The notes beneath the pieces are model-generated. The model was not told the DNA's origin. It worked only from the letters and a program-made list of their open reading frames with translations, and made no database searches. The position numbers and the translations under genes were made by a program. A stretch of DNA of 64,000 bases from Isurus oxyrinchus (Eukaryota): assembly GCA_026770705.1 (NCBI GenBank), contig JANJGN010000088.1:620001-684000 (forward strand). Direction: 5' to 3'. This document shows, in pieces, positions 26,656-40,409 of the stretch (position 1 is its first letter; each line of letters opens with the position of its first letter).

Positions 26656-27205
26656 AAGAGTATTGCATGCAGTTCAGGAACCCGCATTATAGGAAGGATG
26701 TGGTTGCACTCGAGAGAGAGCAGAGGAGATTTACCAGGATGTTGCCTGGGCTGGAGAGTTTTAGTTATGAGGAGAGATTGGATAGACTGGGGTTATTTTC
26801 CCTAGAGCAGATGAGATTGAGGGGGGACGTGATTGAGGTGTACAAAATTATGATGGGCTTAGATAGGGTAGACAGGAAGGAACTTTTCCCCTTGGTGGAG
26901 GGGTCAATAACCAGGATCACAGATTTAATGTAAGGGGCAGGAGGTTTAGAGGGGATATGAGGCAGACTTTTTTCACCCAGAGGGTGGTGGGAATCTGGAA
27001 TTCACTGCCTGAAAGGGCGGTAGACGCAGAAACCCTCATAACATGTAAGAAGTATTTGTACACTTGCGATGCCATGACATACAAGGCTATGGGCATAGCG
27101 CTGGCAAATGGGATTCGAATGGTTAGGTACTTGTTTGACTGGCACAGCATCGGTGAGCTGAAGGGCCTTTTTCTGTGCTATAGACCTCTATGACTCTGTG
27201 ACTCT
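26656..27205 (+). mobile_element. CR1 LINE 3' fragment between 69-bp repeat blocks
   Basis: Motifs [25 protein letters not shown] and FFTQRVVGIWNSLP; microsatellite-like tail ctctatgactctgtgactctatga. Confidence 0.85.
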
Positions 27206-27760
27206 ATGACACTACCAGGACAGGTACTGCATGAAGTTAGACACAGAGTAAAGTTTCCTCCATACTGTCCCGGTAAAACATTCCCAGGGCAGGTGCAGCA
27301 CAGGGTTAGATACAGAGTAAAGTTCCCTCTACACTGTCCCCATCAAACACTCCCAGGACAGGTAAAGCATGGGGTGAGATACAGAGTAAAGCTCCCGCTA
27401 CACTGTCCCCATCAAACACTCCCAGGACAGGTACAGCACGGGGTTAAATACAGAGTAAAGCTCCCTCTACACTGTCCCCATCAAACACCCCCAGGACAGG
27501 TACAGCACGGGGTTAGATACAGAGTAAAGCTCCCTCTACACTGTCCCCGTCAAACACTCCCAGGACAGGCACAGCACGGGGTTAGATACAGAGTAAATCT
27601 CCCTCTACACTGTTCCCATCAAACACTCCCAGGACAGGTACAGCACGGGGTTAGATACAGAGTAAAGATCCCTCTACACTGTTCCCATCAAACACTCCCA
27701 GGACAGATACAGCACAGGATTATATACAGACTAAAGCTCACTCCATATTGTCCCATTGTA
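27206..27760. repeat. 69-bp minisatellite, block 3
   Basis: Directly visible; it gives rise to the spurious repetitive ORF 27206-27769. Confidence 0.93.
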
Positions 27761-27839
27761 AGCTGCTAGGAACAATCCAGGTAAAATAAAGACTACTCAA
27801 TACCCTTGATTTGGTCATTTACACACGCACTTTTATAAG

Positions 27840-29040
27840 ATGTTAGCGAAGTGATAGCAGAGACACTATTACACATTCACTAAGAAAGGGAATAATGTCA
27901 GAGGAGAAGCAGATAGCTAATGTGATTCTTTTATTTAAGCATGGAGGTACAGCAAATCCAGAGACCTAAAGACCAATTCACTGAAAGTCAGTTGGAGGAA
28001 AGATAATGGAACCTTTACTCAAAAATGAAACAGAAAAATATCGAGCAACTGACAATATAAGAAAGTGTCATCAGCATGGAGTGAAAAAGGGAAGGTTTTG
28101 CTTGACCAACCTTACTGAATTATTTGAAGAAGTACCAGAAAGGGTAGAGATGGGTAATGCAGCAGAGGTAACACATTTAGATTTCGAAAAGGCCTGCAAT
28201 AAGTACCGCAGAGTACATTCATTGCCAAGGCCAGAACATGTGAATCAGGGGACAAAAGCAGAATGGATAACAAGCTGGCTACAAAACAGAAAACAGAGAA
28301 TAAAAGTAGTTCATCAGATTGGCAAATGGTGAGAAGTGGTGTTCCACAAGGAATGGTACTGGGACCAGTGTTGTTCACCATTTACAGAAACAATATGGAC
28401 TTGGGAATCAGAATCACAATTTCAACATTATCTGAGAGTTGTGCTGAGTATAGAGGAGGACTATGACATGATAGAGGAAGCCATTGATAAACTTATAGAA
28501 TAGGCATGTAATTGGCAAATGATCTTCAATATAATCACCACACCTGAGGCAGGATGTGAGGGTTGTTGAGAGAGTGTGGAAGAGATTTACCAGAATGGTT
28601 CCAGGAATGAAGGATTTTAGCTTCATGATTAAGTTGGGAAAGCTGGGGTTATTCTCCTTGGTGAAAAGGAGATTGAAGGGCGATCTGATAGAGGTGTACA
28701 AGATTGTGACCGGTTTACATAAGATAGACAAAGAAAAACTGTCCCTATTCAATGATGGAACAAGGACTTGGGGATATAGATTTAAGGTTTTCAGCAAGAG
28801 ATGCAGCGGGATGTCAGGAAGAACTTTGTATGTAGTGAGTGGTGATGACCTGGAGCTCGCTGCCCACAGGGCAGTGAAAGCGAACATGATGAATGATTTC
28901 AAATTAGATGGGCATCTGAGGGAAATAAACTTGCAGGGTTACAGGGTTAGAGAGGGAGGATGGGACTGACTGGTTTGTGCTACAGGGCATTGGCATGGAC
29001 TGGATAGGTTGAATGGCCTCCTTCTGTCCTGTAATGACGC
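27840..29040 (+). mobile_element. Old degraded CR1 LINE RT fragment(s)
   Basis: Motifs CLTNLTELFEEV, HLDFEKA, SGVPQGMVLGPVLFTIY and KRFTRMVPG. Confidence 0.8.
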
Positions 29041-29069
29041 TATGGCCACGTTGTTTAGGATGGCGGAAT

Positions 29070-29345
29070 CACCCTTCCCACAGTCCAAAGAGTTGATGGA
29101 GAACACATCCCTGCTAATACTGCCTGCCCTGCAGCCATTTAAAGCACCAACAAGGGTTCACTGGCTGAGGTGGGGCATCCCCCTGCAACCATTCAGGGAA
29201 AAAAGCCCCGTCTCATAGAGCTGCCAGTCAACCTCATTGGGTGGCAGTTCTCTAGTCCCTGCAACACCAGAAGCTACAGTGGACTCGACTGGGACTGCAA
29301 GAAACCCCCAGAGCCTAAGTCCCGGGGTTCCAGGACCAGGTAACA
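29070..29345. repeat. Second copy of the 3370-3650 dispersed repeat
   Basis: Alignment by eye. Confidence 0.5.
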
Positions 29346-29936
29346 CACATTATTGAAGCTTTGTGTAATATTACTGGATTTTATAGCCGACATCTATAAG
29401 CCTGAAAATTGTTTACTTGTGAGTTGACCAAACAGAAAGTTTTTGGAGGAATGTTTTGTAAGACTAACCTTAATTGTGTAACTATATTCTTATGTGCTTC
29501 AGTTTTCTTTTATTTTTGTTAATAAAACTTATACTTATAATTTTTAAAATCTCTAAAGTGTTACTGGACCTCAGAGAAGTCATTACAGGTGATTCTCTGG
29601 CTATGACTGGATAGGTAAGAGTGGAACCAGGCGAGGGCAGTCCCACTCTGCTGGACAATGGAGGAGAGACATTGGAAGAGGATGGTGTGGATAACTGTGT
29701 GAAAGGCTACTGAACAGGATGAGGAGGGACAGGGCACCTTGGTCACAGTCACAGAGGATGCTGTTTACACCAATCACAAAGCTGATTGAAATAAATATTC
29801 CACAAGTAGAATTACTAATCCTATGGGACACGAGGGGAAATGTGGAAAGTTTGCTTCATGTGTGAGAGGCAACTGGTGGGTTTTGGATTTTAATTAATCT
29901 TTAGAGCAGAGTTAAACAGAATCTCTCAATGAGCAG

Positions 29937-30588
29937 TAGCTGGTGATGAACATTGGAATACAAAGGGGTGGAAGTTATGCTCCAGTTGAATGCAGTTCTG
30001 GTTAGATCACTTGTGGAGAACTGTGTTCAGTTCTGGGCACCACCGCTCAGGAAGGATGTACTGGGCTTGGAGGGGGTAGAGCTTAGATTTACCAGAATGA
30101 CACCCAGGCGGAAAGTGTTATATTCTGAGGGCAGCGTTCATTGACTTGGCTTGTATTCCCTGAGAAACAGAATATAGAAGATTAAAGGGGGATCTAATCA
30201 AGGGGTTTAAGCTGATTAAAAGATTGATCGGGTATATAAAGAGAAACAATTTCCATGGTGGGGTTGGGAGTATACAGAATAAGGAGGCAGAACCTGAAAA
30301 TTCAAGCCAGACTGTTCAGGGGTGATGTCAGGAAGAATTTCTTCACACAAAAGGTAGTGAACATCTGGAAGTCTCTAACCTGAAAAAATGTTGAGGCTGT
30401 TGGGGGGGTCAATTGAAAAACTCAATACTGAGGTGAGCAGAATTTTGTTAGGACACAGTTATTGAAGGATCTAGAAACAAGGCAGGTAAATGGAGTCAAG
30501 ATACCGATTAGCCATGGTCTAAATGAATGGGAGAACAGGATGGAGGGGCTGAATGGTCCTCTCCTATTCCAATTTTCTTGTGTATTTG
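29937..30588 (+). mobile_element. CR1 LINE 3' fragment flanked by a 22-bp direct duplication
   Basis: Peptide MEYKGVEVMLQL..CVQFWAP..RFTRM. Flanks are aacagaatctctcaatgagcag (29915-29936) and aacagaatctctcaatgtgcag (30589-30610). Confidence 0.75.
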
Positions 30589-31164
30589 AACAGAATCTCT
30601 CAATGTGCAGCTGTTGAGTTATGAGAAACAAGTTTGATATTTTCATTCTTGATTTTCAGATGTGTGAAACTTGGCAACAACCTTGGTCTATTTCCTTCTC
30701 CTTACACTTCCTGGAGGAGTTAGCAGCACCACTGAATCTTAACAGGGGGCCTCCCAGAGGGTGCAGTGTTACTAAAAAGAACAAGCACAGTGTTTTACAT
30801 ATGGAAATATGGTTCTGATTTAGCAACCAACACCAATAAACAATTCTTATATTTACCAAAAAGGGGCCAGACAAACAGGATTGAAAGTTTGAAGGTAAAA
30901 GAGACCCAAAACCCAATCTCCCTGCACGGGGAGAACAATCTATCCCTTGGACAGAAGCAGCATAAAACTGTCTCAAAGGAGAGATTCTTCACCTAAAAAC
31001 TTGAGGAACTCGGCCAAATCTTTAATCAAAGACATCAGTTTGCTTCATCATGAAAACGGCGTTTCCCTCAGACTGAAGGTGCTGATTAACTGGCCAACAA
31101 TGCACGGAATTTACCCTGTGAACAAGAAACATTGAACTGTAAATGTCAGTCAACCCATGAATCT

Positions 31165-31690
31165 GCTTCCTTCCACAGCCCATGTACACTCTACACTGTC
31201 CTGGGATTACCACACATTTAATCTCCTTCCACAGCCCATGTACACTCTACACTGTCCTGGGATTACCACACATTTAATCTCCTTCCACAGCCCATGTACA
31301 CTCTACACTGTCCTGGGATTACCACACATTTAATCTCCTTCCACAGCCCATGTACAATCTACACTGTCCTGGGATTACCACACATTTAATCTCCTTCCAC
31401 AGCCCATGTACAATCTACACTGTCCTGGGATTACCACACATTTAATCTCCTTTCACAGCTCATGTACAATCTACACTGTCCTGGGATTACCACACATTTA
31501 ATCTCCTTCCACAGCCCATGTACAATCTACACTGTCCTGGGATTACCACACATTTAATCTCCTTTCACAGCCCATGTACAATCTACACTGTCCTGGGATT
31601 ACCACCCATTTAATCTCCTGCCACAGACCATGTACAAACTACACCATCCTGGGATTACCATCTATTTAATCTCTCTTCACATCCTATATA
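31165..31690. repeat. 56-bp minisatellite (~9 units; ccttccacagcccatgtacactctacactgtcctgggattaccacacatttaatct)
   Basis: Directly visible. Confidence 0.93.
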
Positions 31691-31691
31691 A

Positions 31692-32210
31692 TAGAAACAT
31701 AGAAACTAGGAGCAGGAGAAGGCCATTCGACCCTTCGAGCCTGCTCTGCCATTCATTATGATCATGGCTGATCATCCAACTCAATAGCCTGCTCCCGCTT
31801 TCTCCCCATACCCTTTGATCCCTTTCGCCCCAAGAGCTATATCTTACTCCTTCTTGAAAACATAAAATGATTGGGTCTCAACCACTTTCTGTGGTAACGA
31901 ATTTCACAAGCTCACCACTCTCTGGGTGAAGAAATTTCTCCTCATCTCAGTCCTGAATGGTCTACCCCATACCCCCAGACTGTGACCCTTGGTTCTGGAC
32001 TCCCCCACCATCGGGAACATCCTTCCTGCATCTACCCTGTCTAGTCCTGTTAGAGTTTTATAGGTTTCTATGAGATCCCCCCCTCATTCTTCTGAACTCC
32101 AGCGGATATAATCCCAGCCGACTCAATCCCTCCTCATATGTCAGTCCCGCCAACCCAGGAATCAGTCAGGTAAACCTTAGCTGCACTCCCTCTATAGCAA
32201 GAACATCTCT
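31692..32210 (-). mobile_element. CR1 LINE 3' fragment
   Basis: Reverse complement of a CR1 3' end (atagaaacatagaaactaggagcagg.., ctctgggtgaagaaatttctcctcatctc). Confidence 0.8.
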
Positions 32211-34351
32211 CCCCTGTCATGAACTCTACCCATTAAGTCTCCTGAGAAAATATCCAGAGACAAACTGTTTGGGTGCCAAATGCAATTGAAGGAATCTCCT
32301 GAATAATCACCAATCCTCACATCTCCATCAAGAACGTGTCTGAATCCTCCTTCGTGACAGGATCCATTCTGAATATTAATTATCTCGATCAGAACCTGCC
32401 CCTAACGACACGAGCAATGATATTCACCCAGCTCCTTCCTTTCATTCTGTGCTCGCAAACAGCCTGTTTATAACTGGATTGCAGATGGCTGGTAATTTCC
32501 AAAACCTGTGGATCAGTTGAAAGCAAATTGTGTTTCTATAATTAAAATGATAATTAAAAAATAATTTAAAATCCCAGCTCTCAAAATGCCCCTCAGGATG
32601 TTTTGACAATGTGTTGTTGGGATGTGGGTGTCACTGGTAAGGCTGGTATTTCTAGCCCCATCCCCTAGTTACCCTGAGAAGGTGGTGATGGTGGTGGGTC
32701 TTCCTCTTGAATCTCGGTTTGATGAGACTGTGTGACTCACCAGGCCACCTCAGGGGACGGTTCAGATTCAGTGTGGGACTGGACTCACATGTTAGGCAGG
32801 TTTCCAGCCTGAAAGGACATTTGTGATCTTTAGTTATGCTAGTTGTTTTTTAAACTGATTATTAAACTGATTTCAAAGTTTCAAGCTGTTGGGGTTGATG
32901 AATTTATTGGATGAGTTCAGCCTCGGGATTCCTAGTCCAGTAACACAACCCCTGCACCTCCATGCCCCACTGTCAGGGAGATTGCCCAATCTATCAGCCC
33001 TTGTGAAATATACTTGGGAAGTGATGGTTATTGAACTGTTCCACCACACTCCTTTAACCCCATCAGTGACGGGTTAGTCAAGCTCAGGACGGGCTCAGTG
33101 AACCCTGGACCAGGCTTCACAACACGGCCTTGCTGAGTGAGGTTTGAGGGGGAAACAGTGAAGGAGACAACGGGATGGAAAACACAGGAGGGGGATATTC
33201 AAGGCTGGGAAACATTCTCAGCTCAGAAACAATTTGCTGCATGTGGAGCTGACCCAGTCAGTGAAACATTTAGAGTGTGGTTTCCATCAATCATTGCTGA
33301 TGGGGTAAGTTTAGCTTTGGGTGTGGGTTGCTGCTTGTTGCTGATAAAGACTCAGTCTAAAATGATGTTTCCGCTGTTTATCTCGAGTGTAACAGCGAAC
33401 CGGTTCTGTGAGCAACCCACTGAGCTGGGCTGGGTGGATGTTGGGGCCAGGGATAGGGTACGGGCAGTGATCGGTAAAAATTAACTGATCACTACGGGTT
33501 CTGAACCTCGACACAAGTCTGCAAATCAGTAACAGCTACTGGACGTTCAACTGTGGAACTGTAATGGGGAATGTGTCACATAATAATTAATCTAAATAGA
33601 GACACTTATATATGTACAGATGTATAGGTAAAAACATATGCGGTTACATATATAAATATATATAAATATACATAAAGATTGTGAGATAGAGAGACGTAGT
33701 AGACAGACTGGTTTACGCAGTGATGTTAGGTGAAGTACTAATAGTTCAGACAGTGTTGCTGGAATGGGTGTGACACATGGGCACCCGGTGCTGTTACTGC
33801 TGCAGATACAGTATTAATACTTCAGGCAGTGTTGCTGGTGTAGGTGTGATACACGGACACCCGGTGCTGTTATTGCTGCAGATAATGTACTAACTCATTT
33901 TCTCATTGTGAACACCTCTATCACCCTTTGTAATAATCTAGATCTGCCATAGATCCCTTCTCAGATTTAGTGTCAGCATTCCCATTAAGCAGTTTGCCAA
34001 TCTTACATGGGATTATTCAGGATACACAACACATAAACAGGCCATTTGGCCCAAGCAATCCATACCAGTATTTATATTCCACTGGAGCTCCTCACATTTT
34101 TCCTCATCTAATTCTACCAGGGTTAGACCATATGGCTCCTTGAAATTGCTCTGCCATTCAATATGATCAAGGCTGACCTTTAAACTTAGCCCCACCTTCC
34201 CACATTAATTCTCATATTCCTTCATGCCCTGAATACACAAAAACCTATTGATCCATCTCTTGAATAGCCTCAATGACTGAGCATCAATGGCCCCCGAGGT
34301 AGAGGATTCCAAAGATCCACAACCCTTTGAGTGAGGCAATTTCTCCACTTC

Positions 34352-35243
34352 TGTCATGAAAGTATAATAATTCTCATAATATTATTGTGATTTATTGTAA
34401 ACATAGGTTCATAATGGGGTTTGGATAGTTTTCCTGTGTGTATCTGTGTGTGTGGGATTTAATTGAATTGGAGGCAGCTGGTCTGGAAGCTTTTGAGTCA
34501 TCAGAAAGAAGCTAAGTTTGAAATGCTAAATACCTAAACAAGGCTGAAGTTTTAGAATGTGAGATGTGAAGAAAATTTGCATTGATGGATAAATTCGGGT
34601 AGTTTGAATTTCAAAAAGACAGTAGAATGCTACACGTAGCCAGAAGAAGCTAAGCAAACAATCTGTTTATTTTTCCCAAAGGTTACTGATAAAATGAGCT
34701 CTATGAAAAGATTTATATTATGAGAAAGGTAAAGTTCCAAAGACATATCAGAACCGTGGAAGAAGCATTAAACAGGGAGAAACATGTAGAAAGGAGGTGA
34801 GGTTATGTGTCAGGGAGAAGACATTCTAAGAGCTAACAAGTATGAAAAGCCTCCAGTCTCTGTGCATCAAGTTGCTGTCTATAGGAACCAAAGCTGAGAA
34901 AAGTCACTTTGAATTCGACTGTCCAGGGTATTGTGTGGCTTTGCCTGGGTCTGTTTAAATCTATTTGTTTTTACCGTTGCCTTAACGGATTAATTAGGGG
35001 TTTGAGGAGTTATTATAGAAGTAATTTGCAGATCTATGTATGTGCTTGAAATCTTTTTATTTGTTAATAAGTGTAAAATTTAGTTTTCTAAAAACATCTG
35101 AAGTCATGGTAGTCTTACTACTTCTGAATTCAGGGCACACATTTCAAAGTAAAATACAAATTGCAGAACAGTCGTGATTGCGTGATCAAGTTTCCCTTGT
35201 GGGTTTGATCTGCCTGACACATATCATCTGCCGCATCATAACA
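34352..35243 (+). mobile_element. Solo LTR (892 bp) with 5-bp target-site duplication, inserted in an old CR1 fragment (~34000-35510)
   Basis: Begins TGTCATGA and ends TCATAACA (7/8 inverted match). ACTTC lies immediately on both sides (34347-34351 and 35244-35248). The host CR1 sequence resumes after the TSD. Confidence 0.85.
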
Positions 35244-38035
35244 ACTTCTCAGTCCTGAATGACCGATCCCTCAATCTGAACTGTGATCCTGTGTTCTTGG
35301 GGAAATATCATCCTCTCAACATTCACCCTACAAAGCCCTTTAAGAATTTTACATGCTTCAATGAGATTACTTCTCATTTTTTGAGTCACCCTCTCCTTAT
35401 AGAGCAATCCCCTTGCCCCAGGAACCAGTCTAATGAAATTTTGCTGCACTTCCATCAAGATGAGTGTATCCTTCCATGGGTAAGTTGTCCAGAACTACAC
35501 ATATTACTACAGAAGCTCTTAGAATCTGATTTGATGCCTTTTTCTAGTTTCCTCTCCTATTCTATTTTCTCTTTCTTTATCAATTAATTTCCTGAATATT
35601 AAAATCCACCCAATCCTCAGGCTTACTATTCTAACATTATAAGCCTCTTCCATTAATCTCATACTATCCTCAAATTCCCTTTTGTAGGAATTCTTTTTCC
35701 ATGGGTGTTTTTATTCTTTAATGGAATGTGTATACGTTGCAAATTTGAATTAATTCTTGAAATATTTGCCATTGCTTATTCACCATCATATTTTTCAATT
35801 TATTTTCCCAATTTATCATTAAAATTATTTGGTCATTTCATCTCATTGCTGTGTGTGGGATCTTGCTGTGCACAATTTGTCTCCTGTCTTTCCTGCATTG
35901 CAACAGTGACGACACTTCAATAAGTACTTCATTGGTTGTAGTGTACTTTGGGATGTCTTGAGTTTGTGAAAGGAGCTCTGTAAATGCAGATTACCATCAG
36001 AAGAAGTGAACTTTGGCTCAATCTGTAAGTTGGACTCGTAGAATCATAAAACCTTACAGTACAGAAGGAGGCCACTCAGCCCATTGTGCCTGTGCTGGCT
36101 CTGTGAAAGAGCAGTTGTGTTTAGTCCCACACTCCTGCTTTTTGTCTGAAACCCTCTAAGTTCTTCCTCCTCAGGTAGCTGGCTAACTCGCTTTGAAAAT
36201 TATTTATGAAAGCAGCTTCCACCATCTTAGACTACTCCAGATCCCAATAACTCTGAGCGAAAACAATTCTCTTCACCTCCCTTCTCGATCTTTTGCCAAT
36301 GATTTTAAGTCATGTTATTGACCCACTCACCGGATGGATGAGTTTGTCTATATCTATCCTATCAAAACTGCAGGATTGGAAGTCCCTCCAACTGGGAAAT
36401 TTATGGAATAGAAAAATCCAAACCCATGGACATGTGTTGACTTCATGTTTTGAGCAATAACACAGGGCTGGGCAGCAAGCGGCTAATTCGGACATTTCGT
36501 AAAAGACAGTGGCTCATCAAAAGGATTCAGACATTGACTGATTGCTATCTTGGGACAATAGTACCAGGGAAATTCCATTACCTGCCATTGGCTAATGCGA
36601 TTAAGAGACGGATTACCCTATACAATGGTACAAGGAACATGCCATCCACATAATACAATTAAGGAATTGTAACACAACTAAGGCCGGCATCATAGACAAC
36701 GATTCTGGAATCTGGCCATTGTAACTATGAGTGGTTCCTCTCGAGGAGAGGAATGGGACATTCTAACCTTCATTAATCTAGGTGCTGTTACTGTACTGCT
36801 TCAAAACAGCAGGAGAATTGTTTAAACAGTATGAGAGCTGATCATATTCATCTGGGCTATTTTTCTATGGAATGACTATTGTTTCAACCAGCATGAGCTG
36901 ATCATATTCGTCAGGACTTTGCGTGAAATAAACTGAGGTGTTAATTACCAGATATTGGAGCAGCATGAACAACAGGGAATATGTTTGAGTTGAATCATTA
37001 TAAAAAGAAGAGCATGTCGGAGTTGGGGGCTGCAGGTGGAAGAAGGGTCAGGACTGGTCATCTTGACTCAGGACCAACAATCAACATTAGACAGTCCAGC
37101 CATGTTGGGTACAGTAGGTGTTTCAGCCAAATGGTCTGAGGATTTGTAAGGTTTTGGGATAAAGGTGGAATGTTTTGTCTGTATTTTGTCAGATTTTAAC
37201 AAGTCGCAGTGACTTTGTTGTGGCTCAAGGGGGACAACAGTCAATTCGCAGGCTGGATCAGCTTGGGAATTGAAGGTGCTCATTTCAGCTAGTCACAGGA
37301 GGATTTGAACTGGTGTATTTGCTTCAATTTTGGGGAATTTTTGTAAAATGTCGAATTAAAAACAAAAAATGCTGGAAAATCTCAGCACGTTTGACAGGAT
37401 CTGTGGAATGAGAAACAGAGTTAACGTTTCAAGTCCGTATGACTCTTCTTCAGAGCTTTTATTTTGCTTTCATTTTGTAGAAGGTCTGTTTATTTTTTAT
37501 GAGCTTGGGGTCTGTCAGTCAAACCCCAGGGTGTTTTATACTGGGGACAGGTTGTTTATTTTGCTGGGGGGAGTGGTTTCTATGTCATTTCAACTTATCT
37601 TTGAGGTATCTGTACTGGGGATATTAGTGGGTAAAATAAAGCAACAAATTTATGGTTGAGCCAAACCCTGTGTCTGTCTACTTTTGTTCTTTATCAATTG
37701 TAAAGTCCAAGAACCGTTTGTAAGCAATGGGGGGAGGTCGGGGGACAGGAGGTCTTTTATAAAACTCCACACCATCTATTAGGTCACCTCTGAACATTCA
37801 CTGTTCCAACAACAACAACTTGTATTTATACAGCACATTTAACATCGTAAAACATTCCACGGTGCTTCACAGGAACATTATTAAACAAAATTTAACACCA
37901 AGCCACATAAGGAGATATTAGGGCAGATGACCAAATGCTTGCTTAAAGAGTTTTATGATTGGAAAAGTGTCTTAAAGGAAGGGAGTGAAGTGGAGAGGTT
38001 TAAGGAGGCAATTCTGGAGCTTCCAAAGAGAACAG

Positions 38036-38320
38036 CCCTGGGCCCAACCATCTTCAGCTGCTTCATCAATGACCTTCCTTCCATCATAAGGTCAGAAGTG
38101 GGGATGTTCACTTTTGATTAGACAATGTTCAGCACCATTCACGACTCCTCAGATACTGAAGCAGTCCATGTCCAAATGCAGCAAGAACAGGACAGCATTC
38201 AGGCTTGTGCTGATAAGTGACAACTAACATTCATGCAAATACCAGGCAATGACCATCTTCAACGAGAGAATCCAACCATCGCCCCTTGATGTTCGATGGC
38301 ATTACCATCACTGAATCCCC
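38036..38320 (+). mobile_element. Family-B CR1 fragment; local inverted duplicate of ~39240-39525
   Basis: Reverse-complement match, including shared changes not seen in the other family-B copies in the window (ttcacttttgattagacaatg; deletion giving cattcatgcaaat). Confidence 0.8.
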
Positions 38321-38569
38321 TCTCCTCATAACTGAAGTCCTCATCCCTAGTAACATCCTGGTAAAAACATCCTCTGTACCCTTTCTAAGGTATTCACATC
38401 TTCCCTCATGTCTGGTGCTCAGAACTGTGTTTCTAGCATCATTTGGCTGCCCAGATGATTGAGCGGCCTTCTGTTTCCAAAATCCTTTCTTGGTGTCTGT
38501 TCCTGGAAACTCTGCATCCAAAGACCTGCCCCTCTCAGACTGACCATTTAATACAATGTTTTTGTTTTA

Positions 38570-40240
38570 ATTCATTCATGGTATGTGGGCTTCTCTGGCT
38601 TGTACAGCATTTATTGCCCATCCCTAGTTGCCCTTGAGAAGGTGGTGGTGAGCTGTCTTCTTGAACGTCTGCAGTCCCCTGTGGTTTGGTACACCAGCAG
38701 TGCTGTTAAGAAGGGACTTCCAGGATTTTGACCCAGCGACAATGAGGAATGAAGATATATTTCCATGCCAGGATGGTGAGTGACTTGGAGGGGAACTTCC
38801 AGGTGGTGGTGTTCCCATGTATCTGCTGTCCTTGTGCTTCTAGATGGTAGTGGTCATTGGGTTCGGAAAGTGCAGCCTAAAGAGCCTCGGTCAGTTGCTG
38901 CAGTGCATCTTGTAGATGATTGACACTGCTGCTACTGTGTGTCAGTGGTGGAGGGCGTGAATGTTTGTGGATGGGGTACCATTCAAGCGGGGCTGTTTTG
39001 GCCTGGATAGTGTCGAGCATCTCGAGTGTTGGTGGAGCTGCACTCATCCAGGGAAGTGGGGACTATTCCATCACACTCCTGACTTGTGCCTTGTAGATGG
39101 TGGACAGGCTTTGGGGTGTCAGGAGGTGAGTTACTCATTGCAGGATTCCCAGCCTCTGAGCTGCTTTTGGAGCCACAGTAGTTACATGGCTAGTCCAGTT
39201 CAGTTTCTGGCCAACGGTAATTCCCAGGATGTTGATAGTGGGGGATTCAGTGATGGTAATGCCATCGAAGGTCAAGGGGCAATGGTTGGACTCTCATGTT
39301 GGAGATGGTCATTGCCTGGCATTTGCATGAATGTTAGTTGTCACTTATCAGCACAAGCCTGAATGCTGTCCTGGTCTTGCTGCATTTGGACATGGACTGC
39401 TTCAGTATCTGAGGATTCGTGAATGGTGCTGAACATTGTCTAATCAAAAGTGAACATCCCCACTTCTGACCTTATGATGGAAGGAAGGTCATTGATGAAG
39501 CAGCTGAAGATGGTTGGGCCCAGGGCACTACCCAAAGAAAATCCTGCAGTGATGTCCTGGGAATAAGATGATTGACTTCCAACAACCACAACCATCTTCC
39601 TTTGTGCGAGGTATGACTCTAACCAGTGGAGGGTTTCCCCCTGATTTCCATTGACTCCAGTTTTGCTAGGGCTCTTTGATGCCACACTCGGTCAAATGTA
39701 GCCTTGATGTCAAGGGCAGCCACTCTCACCTCACCTTTGGAGTTCAGCCCTTTTGTTCATGTTTGACCCAAGGCTGTAATGAGGTCAGGAACTGAGTCGC
39801 CCTGGTGGAACCCAAACTGGGCATCAGTGAGCAGGTTATTGCTAAGCAAGTGCCACTTGTTAGCACTGTTGATGACCCCTTTGATTACTGATGCTCGAGA
39901 GTAGACTGATGGGGCAGTAATTGGCCGGGTTGGATTTGTCCTGCTTTTTGTGTACTGGACATACCTGAGCAATTTTCCACGTAGCCGGGTAAATGCTAGT
40001 GTTGTAGTTGTACTGGAACAGCTTGGCTAATGGCACGGCAAGTTCTGGAGCACAAGCCTTTAGTACTATTGCTGGAATATTTTCAGGGACCATAGCCTTT
40101 GCACTATCCAAAGTGCCTTCAGCCATTTCTTGATGTTAGAAAAGTAATCGCATTGGCTGAAGACTGGCATCTGTGGTGCCTGGGACCTCAGGAGGAGGCC
40201 GAGAAGAATCACCCTCTCGGCACATCTGGCTGAAGATGGT
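38570..40240 (-). mobile_element. Family-B CR1 LINE, RT and 3' end
   Basis: Minus-strand motifs ENIPAIVLKACAPELAVPLAKLF, NYCPISLLS and LGPTIFSCFINDLP. Confidence 0.85.
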
Positions 40241-40409
40241 GAGAGGTGTCTTTCCCGATTCCCACACAAACGTAATGTTTATTGTCTTGACCCTGTGACA
40301 ACTTGTGCTCAATTTATAACCCAACTTCCATCCAGTTACCTCTGTTTTTCATTCATTCTTGACATGTGGACACCACTGGCAATGCCAGCATTTATTGTAG
40401 CTTGGCTGA

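Noticed and set aside
32889-33514. Short ORFs in apparently unique sequence, considered as host exons or Ig remnants
   Set aside because: No recognisable domain, RSS or consistent splice structure.
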